Source: a virus
Taxonomy: Duplodnaviria > Caudoviricetes
Virus record (IMG/VR): IMGVR_UViG_3300036796_000281
Span: 1 to 30,812 of that record
Direction: 5' to 3' (one strand)
DNA length: 30,812 bases
The translations under genes were made by a program, and so were the position numbers. The notes under the pieces are model-generated. The model was given only the letters and a program-made list of their open reading frames with translations, did no database searches and was not told where the DNA came from. Of this stretch, positions 23,922 to 30,812 are shown one piece after another. Within the stretch, counting starts at the first letter, position 1. Each line of letters starts with the position of its first letter.

Positions 23922-26087
23922 ATGTCACAGACCGCCATCACCCTGGCATTTGAACGATGGAAAGCGCAGCAGGGTGCTAACAGCAAGCCGGTTATCCTGG
24001 ATGAATTTGTGCTGGCCAATGTGCCAGACCTTGATCCCACTGCGGACATTGACCGCAACGAAACACAGCCACCGGCTGGCCAGATTGTGCATCGTCAGGC
24101 GGTAGGTATGACTGGCGTAGTGAATGAAAACGCGGTGGTTTATTCGGTAACGCTGGGTAGTGATGTGGGCGACTTTTCATTTAACTGGATTGGTCTTACT
24201 AACAAAGCAACCGGCACACTGGCGATGGTCATCCATGCGCCACTCCAGACCAAATATAAAAATGCGTCTGGGCAGCAGGGTAACGTACTGACGCGTTCAT
24301 TCCTGATGGAATACAACGGTGCAGCGACGGAAACGCAGATCACCACACCGGCAGAGACCTGGCAGATTGATTTCACCGCACGTCTGGCGGGCATTGATGA
24401 GCGTCAGCGTCTGGATAACATTGATATTTATGGCCAGGGTGCATTTCTTGGAGATGGTTTTCTGGTCGCTAAAACCGGAAATCAGTATTTTGTGACTCAG
24501 GGCGTGGGATACATCGGTGGATTACGCGCAAGCCTTGCGGCAAACAGCAATATCACGGTAACAACCAAACCCATTAAGGTCTGGGCAGATGTGAGCTATC
24601 ACGGCACGTTAACCAGTGCTTTCCAGACGGATATCAAGCTAACACTGGCCACGGCACTGGATAACTACACCCAGGCAGGGATCGCGCATTATGTCTTTGC
24701 GTTGGCCAGTATTGACGCCAACGGTGTGATTACTGATTTACGCCCAAAAGGCAGTCTGGGCGAGCAGCAGGGAAGCCGTGATTATCTGCGCAAAGATAAA
24801 AACTTGTCTGATGTGAATGATGTTCCATCCGCGCGCAAAAGTCTGGGGTTGAAAGGGGCAGCGGTGCTGGATGTGGGTGCCACAGCAGGTACGGTGGCGG
24901 CTGGCGATGATTCACGCATTGTTAATGCCCTACAGAAAGGTAACAACCTTTCAGAAATCGTGAATAAGGAACAGGCACGCAGCAATCTTGAACTTAAATC
25001 TGCGGCTTTGCGTGACGTTCAGGCATCACGCGATGATGCCACTCCTGGCCGTGTCCTGATAAATGGCGGGACATTTGTCGTTGGTGCCAGCCAGGTTGGG
25101 TTGCATGTTGGTAATGCTGATTTTCAGTTTGGGGGTGGCGGGATTTTTACTGCCCCGGACAGTATCAAGGCTGTTGGAGGTGCAACAGAATTAGCAGCTA
25201 ACGCCATCTACGTGCGCGGAACAGGTAACAAGCATCTGTGGTTCTATTCATCAACCGGTATTGAAAGGGGATTGATTTATGCCTCAGATGATAACGTTAT
25301 CCATATGCGTTCAAACTCGGGGCCATCTCTGGACGTTAATGCAATGGGAGAGGTCACGGTAAATGGTCCTCAAGTCAAAGCTCCCTATTTCCGGGCGGTG
25401 TCAAATCCCGGCGCGGGTGGTTTTGTTTATCAACTGGATTTGGGCGCGGCATTTTATCGTAATGAAGGTTCTCAAAGAAATGAGGACAATACTTATTTTC
25501 CGCTATGTAAAGGCCGTGTTGTTTTAGACGGTGGTTTCCCTGTCGCTTACTCTTTTGGTTACGTCACAGCTGGCTGGGCTGCATTTGGTTCCTTGTGTAT
25601 TCAGGCAAAAACAGATGCTCCTGATAAAGACAGGCTCTGGATGTTTTCTGTTGATTCTGGAAATTTCGTATGTCCTGGCGATGTGGTAACGAACAATCTT
25701 CGTGCCAGTACTGCTGTGTTTGCAGGAAATGCCACTTACGGTTCTGACGGGAATATTCATGGAGCAATATGGGGCGGATATTTAAGCACATGGCTAAATG
25801 GCCAATTATCTGTCCGTGATACTGCAATTGGCAATGTGGACTATGCGGTAAGAAATTGGGCAAATACCGATCTGCGAAATGACATCTATAACTGGGTTCG
25901 AGCCTATTTCATTCAAAGTATAAGATTTGGGGCATCCGGAGAATATCAGGAGCGTAGTAACAATGAACGTGTAGGTGGTGGCGTTATGACCTCATTTGCA
26001 GATCGGGGAAGTTCAAATTACTGGGTACGTATTCGCCCTCTGCAATATCTCATTAACGGAACATGGGTTACGGCTGCATATTCGTAA
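23922..26087 (+). CDS. Tail fibre
   Basis: N-terminal GDFSFNWIGL and TWQIDFTARL; NLSD/NLSE..AR..L.L repeats; DGNIHGAIWGGYLSTWL; terminal RPLQYLINGTWVT. Confidence 0.92.
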   Translation: MSQTAITLAFERWKAQQGANSKPVILDEFVLANVPDLDPTADIDRNETQPPAGQIVHRQAVGMTGVVNENAVVYSVTLGSDVGDFSFNWIGLTNKATGTLAMVIHAPLQTKYKNASGQQGNVLTRSFLMEYNGAATETQITTPAETWQIDFTARLAGIDERQRLDNIDIYGQGAFLGDGFLVAKTGNQYFVTQGVGYIGGLRASLAANSNITVTTKPIKVWADVSYHGTLTSAFQTDIKLTLATALDNYTQAGIAHYVFALASIDANGVITDLRPKGSLGEQQGSRDYLRKDKNLSDVNDVPSARKSLGLKGAAVLDVGATAGTVAAGDDSRIVNALQKGNNLSEIVNKEQARSNLELKSAALRDVQASRDDATPGRVLINGGTFVVGASQVGLHVGNADFQFGGGGIFTAPDSIKAVGGATELAANAIYVRGTGNKHLWFYSSTGIERGLIYASDDNVIHMRSNSGPSLDVNAMGEVTVNGPQVKAPYFRAVSNPGAGGFVYQLDLGAAFYRNEGSQRNEDNTYFPLCKGRVVLDGGFPVAYSFGYVTAGWAAFGSLCIQAKTDAPDKDRLWMFSVDSGNFVCPGDVVTNNLRASTAVFAGNATYGSDGNIHGAIWGGYLSTWLNGQLSVRDTAIGNVDYAVRNWANTDLRNDIYNWVRAYFIQSIRFGASGEYQERSNNERVGGGVMTSFADRGSSNYWVRIRPLQYLINGTWVTAAYS

Positions 26088-26098
26088 GGACAACGAAA

Positions 26099-26629
26099 AT
26101 GAAAACAATGAAGAATTTCACCTCATCGGTTAAACAACTGGATGATATAGCCATTTTAATTTTTACAGATGAGGATGGTAATGACTGGTACGAGGCACAA
26201 AAGGAATTTTCGGAAACCAGCCTGAAATTTATGTTTGATAATGAAGGCAATATTATTGCCGCTTCATGGGATGCCTCCATGCTGGCGCCAGACAACTTAT
26301 CGGTTTCTGAAATCAAAAAAACCAGCGTCCCGGCAACGTTTTTTGATGCAGGTACACGCTGGGTATTTAATGGTAAAAAAATCATTCCATTCAGCTATTC
26401 GCAGGAAGAACTACAGCAGCAGGCAGAGGACGAACGCGCCCGGCTAATCAGTGAAGCGAAAGAAAACATTGTTGTCGGACAGACAAAATTAGCGCTGGGC
26501 AGAACATTAACCAATGAGCAGCTAAACAAGCTGAATACCTGGCTTGATTACATTGATCTGCTGGAGGCCGTAGATATTTCAACGGCACCTGATGTTGAGT
26601 GGCCGGAGGTACCGGGTCATGTGGCGTGA
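26099..26629 (+). CDS. Tail fibre assembly chaperone
   Basis: DEDGNDWYEAQ, DASMLAP, WLDYIDLLEAVDISTAPDVEWPEVP. Confidence 0.9.
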   Translation: MKTMKNFTSSVKQLDDIAILIFTDEDGNDWYEAQKEFSETSLKFMFDNEGNIIAASWDASMLAPDNLSVSEIKKTSVPATFFDAGTRWVFNGKKIIPFSYSQEELQQQAEDERARLISEAKENIVVGQTKLALGRTLTNEQLNKLNTWLDYIDLLEAVDISTAPDVEWPEVPGHVA

Positions 26630-27344
26630 AGCAAAGGTGGCTTTTTCAGATTCACTGGCCACGCTTAATTGTTCAATCGTACCGGCTCACCCTTGGATTT
26701 ATGGACTGGGGCAACAAACTGAAAACGGCGCATATTTAAGCCCTGTCAATGCTGTCTCTTATCTGTCTGACAAGCTGGCCGGATTAGGGGGAAACGCTGA
26801 TGTGGTGATTTTCCTTGTGACGGGTTTAACCCATAACAGCTTCATGGCCAGCCTTACTGCACTGACGTCAGTTTTTCCCGCGCCGGTTTTTACTCAGGTT
26901 AGCCGTCTGGCGAAATCTGCCGCTGAGCTGGCCACGGTCAGAATGCAGCTACCCGCTAAAAGCACAGGGGGATTGCCAGCAGCCATACCACTATCAGTAC
27001 CAACATCCCGCGCCGCGTTGAATGCCATGGCTATGGCCGAAGCACAAAAGGCAGTCAGCGCAGGTTCCAGTATTGACCGTATGAAAGGCCAGCTGACGGA
27101 ATTTGTCAGTAAGCATGTGGCACTGGTTAGCGATGCTGCCAGCGGGTTGGTCGACCTTCAGGGCAAAAGCGCCCGCGCATGGGTATTTACGGCCAGCGGA
27201 GATATGGCAACAACGGTCACGCAGCTGCTTAACGGCATCCCTCAACAATCAGCTGTGTTCAGCGCCGCCATGATGCTGGTTGGCGATAATCTCGATGGTG
27301 TAAAAGGAATGATCCATGAACTCGACTCCGACACTGGCGCTTAA
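26619..27344 (+). CDS. Conserved HP1-type tail-region protein
   Basis: HPWIYGLGQ...YLSPVNAV; GGAGG RBS; synteny. Confidence 0.65.
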   Translation: MWREAKVAFSDSLATLNCSIVPAHPWIYGLGQQTENGAYLSPVNAVSYLSDKLAGLGGNADVVIFLVTGLTHNSFMASLTALTSVFPAPVFTQVSRLAKSAAELATVRMQLPAKSTGGLPAAIPLSVPTSRAALNAMAMAEAQKAVSAGSSIDRMKGQLTEFVSKHVALVSDAASGLVDLQGKSARAWVFTASGDMATTVTQLLNGIPQQSAVFSAAMMLVGDNLDGVKGMIHELDSDTGA

Positions 27345-27858
27345 TGGCGAAGCTATCCCGCTGCAAAATATGCGCGTGACAATCAGCATGCAGTTTCAGG
27401 ATAAAGACCAGTCCGGGCAGACGAGTGCCACGACCAAATCAGAGCAGGGGATCAAAGGCAAAGAGCTGCGCGTGGTGGGAGAAATACCGTTTAAAAAGCC
27501 GGAGATACTCAAGCGCATATTTGAGCTGGCCAGCGCCCGTAATAGTGCAGGAAAGCTGCAAACCTACCGTGTCGCGCATGATGTCGCCCGTGCTGTTAAT
27601 CTCCGGGAAGCCACATTTACCGGGACTTTGGACGCTCCGCAAAATGACGGGAAAATGTCATGGCTGGTGACGTTCACATTAACCGAACATATCAGCGTCC
27701 AGGAAAAACGTGAAGCACGCGCCAGTGCCAAAACGTCAGCGAAAAAGCAGGGGGTAGCTGGCGGAAGTGCGGCTGGTCAGTCTGCCGGGGAAGATACTGA
27801 GAAACTGACGTGGTTTGAAAGCAAGGTGCTTAAACCCGTCAATGATGCGCTGGGGTAA
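27316..27858 (+). CDS. HP1-type tail/baseplate protein
   Basis: DQSGQTSAT...KGKELRV...WLVTFTLTE; gpU-like tube-initiator pattern (inferred). Confidence 0.65.
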   Translation: MNSTPTLALNGEAIPLQNMRVTISMQFQDKDQSGQTSATTKSEQGIKGKELRVVGEIPFKKPEILKRIFELASARNSAGKLQTYRVAHDVARAVNLREATFTGTLDAPQNDGKMSWLVTFTLTEHISVQEKREARASAKTSAKKQGVAGGSAAGQSAGEDTEKLTWFESKVLKPVNDALG

Positions 27859-27861
27859 TTG

Positions 27862-29538
27862 ATGAAACCGATTAAACGTCTTTACCTTTCAACGGATGAA
27901 GTTCATCTGGCTGATGTGAATCTGGTTCTGGAGTTGAACAGCTGTGGCCGTGGTTTTATTACGGCCAAAACCGATACGGATTACACCGGGAAAGTGGTAC
28001 GTGTGGATGTGGGGTATACCGATCTGCTTTTACGCTGGTTCACGGGGTATGTGGAGCGCTCGCAACCTGCTGAAAATGGTTATCAGCGCTTGTTTGTGCG
28101 GGAGCTGGTTGGGGTATTCGAACGCAACTGGCCATGCTCGTTTCAGCATCCGACATTACGGGGTGTGGCCAGCTGGCTGACAGAACACAGCGGGCTGACC
28201 ATCACGGTACCGGATGCGGATTATAGCGATAAACCGATCCCTCATTTCACCCATAGCGGTACTGGTTACCAGTTGCTGGATAATCTGGGGCGGGCGTTTG
28301 GCATTACGGATTATATCTGGTACCCGCTGCCGGACGGGGATGTGTATGTGGGGGGGGCGGAAAAAGCCCTGTTTGCTGGCCGTCCGGTTGAGATCCCCCA
28401 TGAATTTGGCCAGAACGCGGCAGGGGGAAATACAATGGCCATCCCGCTGGTACAGACTCTGCGCCCCGGTGTCGAGGTAAACGGCCAGCGACTGACCAAA
28501 GTTAATCTGCATAATGACAATATGAACATCACCTGGACGCCACGCAATAAAGCAACCGGTGCAGCATTGCAAAAAACGCCGCTGCAACGCCAGATGGAAA
28601 GCCATTTTCCTGAACTGGCTTCCGGGCTGCATTTACCAAAGTTTGCCAGGATAATGGCACCCACTGAGCATGTCACCAGTGGCAATTTTTCCGACCCATT
28701 CCGCCCGCGCTATGCGGTGGATGTGCAACTGCTTGATGCGGATGGCCAGCCGGACAAAGAGACCCCGGTTTATTCTGCTGTTCCGCTGCCGGTACCGATG
28801 GCCGGAAATGATTCAGGCATGTTTCAGTTCCCACCAGAAGGAACGTTGGTTGAAGTCGGATTTACGGGCGGGCGACCAGATAAGCCCTTTGTACGTCAGA
28901 TGGTGGCGGATGGTACCAGTCTGCCGGATGTAAAACCCGGTGAGCAGCTGCAACAGCAGCGCGAAGAAGTCTCACAGCGTGTCACTCAGGCGGGGGATTG
29001 GGTGCGTAAAACTGACCAGACAATCAGTGAAACATCGATGGTGCGGGAAGTGTCTGCGGATACAGAACGCCGCCAGCTTGTCAGCCGTCAAACCATCGTT
29101 AAGGCTAACGATAAAACCACGGTACTGGGGGCGGCGCAGCTGATGGCTGGAGCTATTCAGCATGTAGCCACCGGAGATTACAGCCAGGCAGTGCAGGGCA
29201 ACATGCTGGCCAGCGTGGGCGGTAATGTTGAAACGGAAATCACCGGCAGTAAAACGACCACAACCGGTAAAGACCTGATTGAGCAAATTGGGGCAATACG
29301 CCGCAGCGTGGCCGCACAGCGCCAGGAGCTGATTGCGCCGGTTGTCTGGCTGGGGAGCGAAAGTATCAACGTGGCACAACTGATGCTGGATACGCTTGAT
29401 GTGGTTATGCAGCTGGCAGAACAGACCGCCGTGCATACTCACCCAAGTGTAGGTACCCCAACGAATGCCAGTTCTATATCTGATACGATTATTGACGCTA
29501 AAAAATTGAAGACTAAATATGAAAGTGGTATTGGGTAA
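27862..29538 (+). CDS. Baseplate hub + central spike fusion protein
   Basis: Hub-like N-half; OB-fold-like PPEGTLVEVGF..GRPDKPF; beta-rich repeats; HTH (HxH) near the C-terminus. Confidence 0.72.
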   Translation: MKPIKRLYLSTDEVHLADVNLVLELNSCGRGFITAKTDTDYTGKVVRVDVGYTDLLLRWFTGYVERSQPAENGYQRLFVRELVGVFERNWPCSFQHPTLRGVASWLTEHSGLTITVPDADYSDKPIPHFTHSGTGYQLLDNLGRAFGITDYIWYPLPDGDVYVGGAEKALFAGRPVEIPHEFGQNAAGGNTMAIPLVQTLRPGVEVNGQRLTKVNLHNDNMNITWTPRNKATGAALQKTPLQRQMESHFPELASGLHLPKFARIMAPTEHVTSGNFSDPFRPRYAVDVQLLDADGQPDKETPVYSAVPLPVPMAGNDSGMFQFPPEGTLVEVGFTGGRPDKPFVRQMVADGTSLPDVKPGEQLQQQREEVSQRVTQAGDWVRKTDQTISETSMVREVSADTERRQLVSRQTIVKANDKTTVLGAAQLMAGAIQHVATGDYSQAVQGNMLASVGGNVETEITGSKTTTTGKDLIEQIGAIRRSVAAQRQELIAPVVWLGSESINVAQLMLDTLDVVMQLAEQTAVHTHPSVGTPTNASSISDTIIDAKKLKTKYESGIG

Positions 29539-29539
29539 C

Positions 29540-29567
29540 AACAGCACATATTTCTATATGTGCTGTT
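29540..29567. terminator. Probable bidirectional terminator between convergent genes
   Basis: Perfect 12-bp stem AACAGCACATAT-TTCT-ATATGTGCTGTT. Confidence 0.7.
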
Positions 29568-29579
29568 TAGAATAATATA

Positions 29580-30485
29580 TTAACTTTTTTTTGAGTGTTC
29601 AGTTCGCTTCGCTATTTCAGGGACGTTATCACTTGCTGATATCATAGTACGTACATTCGTGTTGTGGGAAAGGCGTTCCTGAAATAATTTTGCCAGTGGT
29701 ACACCACTATCCTTAGATTCTTCAATCAAATCAGCGATCAAATCTCCAGATATTGTTTCTCCTTCTCCAGCAATGGCAATTGTTGACAGATGATAAATTG
29801 AATCATCTTCATTATTAGCTTTAATCATATTGTCTATAGCCATCTCCGGGTCTTGAGATATCATCTCCATTGCTGCATTCATACCCATTCCAAAATTACC
29901 AAAATCATATCCAAATTTTTCTGGAGCTGCGCGAGCCATAGTTATCGCAAAAATTTCCTCCTCTTTAAAGGGAAGGTGATAGCTATTAAAGTTAATGAAC
30001 TGTTGTTGATCGATTCTCATTTGGAAGTGATAGTGGGGATAGTCTATCGCTGTACCAGCATGACCTTTAAAATCATTTTCTGAACAATCAAATGTCCATT
30101 CAATATTTTTCCATTTTATCGTGTTTGATATTACTTTACCCTTTGGTTTTTCCTCTTCCATGTCATTTATATTAATCAGTGGCTTTTCAATGTTAGCGCA
30201 CCATCTTAAAAATGAAGCTATGTTTGTATAGCCATATTTTTCATATATGAGTTTAAAATCCTTAGTTTTAAACTTGCAGCGTCTTAATAACCAATGCAAA
30301 CAAGGTTCATTTTTACTAAGGGTTTTAAATGGTTTATTGCAGAGATAGCAAATATCGTTTTTATAATTAATTTTAAATTCTTCTAATTGTCTTAAGTGTT
30401 CAGTTTGCTGCTTGCTATTTATATCATCTATTTCTGTATCACTTAGAGTATTAAAATTCGTTAACGCTTTTGTAATATCAATCAT
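29580..30485 (-). CDS. AT-rich moron, hypothetical 301-aa Cys/His-containing protein
   Basis: Long ORF in AT-rich DNA, AGGTGA RBS, opposite orientation to the tail genes. Confidence 0.88.
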   Translation of the reverse strand: MIDITKALTNFNTLSDTEIDDINSKQQTEHLRQLEEFKINYKNDICYLCNKPFKTLSKNEPCLHWLLRRCKFKTKDFKLIYEKYGYTNIASFLRWCANIEKPLININDMEEEKPKGKVISNTIKWKNIEWTFDCSENDFKGHAGTAIDYPHYHFQMRIDQQQFINFNSYHLPFKEEEIFAITMARAAPEKFGYDFGNFGMGMNAAMEMISQDPEMAIDNMIKANNEDDSIYHLSTIAIAGEGETISGDLIADLIEESKDSGVPLAKLFQERLSHNTNVRTMISASDNVPEIAKRTEHSKKS

Positions 30486-30530
30486 ATATCACCTGAGTTT
30501 TTCAGAGACGCAATGTGAATTTGAATTATT

Positions 30531-30560
30531 ATTATATGTCATGTTTAGTGGCACTTACAA
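30531..30560 (-). promoter_or_regulatory. Sigma70-like promoter of the moron
   Basis: Minus strand TTGTAA (30555-30560), 18-bp spacer, TATAAT (30531-30536). Confidence 0.5.
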
Positions 30561-30693
30561 AATCAAAATGCAAGCTTTAATTTTCAATTGTTGATTATAA
30601 GACTTTGATCAATAAATTTTAGCGCTAACATAAATAAGCCCATATTGTTTGAGGTTGCGTCAATGGATAAAAAATCACCTAGTGACAAAATTT

Positions 30694-30719
30694 GCACTAC
30701 ACCGCACCCGCCTGCGGGT
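30694..30719. other. Candidate cos packaging site
   Basis: GC island in AT-rich DNA. The minus-strand 19-mer GGCGGGTGCGGTGTAGTGC resembles P2 cos GGCGAGGCGGGGAAAGCAC (10/19) and overlaps the dyad ACCCGC-CT-GCGGGT. Confidence 0.45.
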
Positions 30720-30812
30720 TTTGGATCACAGAAATTTTTCAGTTTTATTTTTCTACAAAATGATTCCTTAGATAGCGCCAGCCTTGGGGTTTTGAAAGAG
30801 AACTCAAACTGA

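Larger units (their letters stand above)
240..30812. mobile_element. P2-family prophage (186-like control region, HP1/K139-like virion genes); left boundary approximate, right att beyond the window
   Basis: Full set of integrase, repressor, replication, head, tail and lysis genes with no obvious disruption. Confidence 0.95.

Noticed and set aside
23922-27344. Invertible fibre cassette or diversity-generating retroelement
   Set aside because: No invertase, reverse transcriptase, inverted crossover sites or template/variable repeat pair seen.
30486-30812. Right att repeat, tRNA or CRISPR array
   Set aside because: No direct repeat of the 190-300 region, cloverleaf or repeat-spacer pattern found; the prophage end probably lies beyond the window.

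Overview
Almost the whole window (~240-30812) is one apparently intact P2-family (Peduoviridae) prophage inserted immediately upstream of the host small-protein gene mntS and its MntR box. The left arm is coliphage-186-like: integrase, cI, apl/cox, cII, fil-like and dhr-like genes, DUF2732, Dam methylase, a PAPS-reductase/DndC-like enzyme, rolling-circle gpA with its internal ori, and a LexA-boxed short Tum antirepressor. The morphogenesis region follows the HP1/K139 layout: ogr-portal-terminase leftward; scaffold, capsid, tail, lysis, tape measure, baseplate and fibre rightward. It ends with an AT-rich, oppositely oriented 301-aa orphan moron and a candidate cos site. The right att site is not in the window. 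The most promising unexplained elements are the terminal moron (candidate anti-phage gene), the coupled dam + DndC/SspD-like pair, an antisense gene inside the early operon and the integration site at the manganese-regulated mntS promoter. Family assignments come from motif recognition and synteny; no database search was run.
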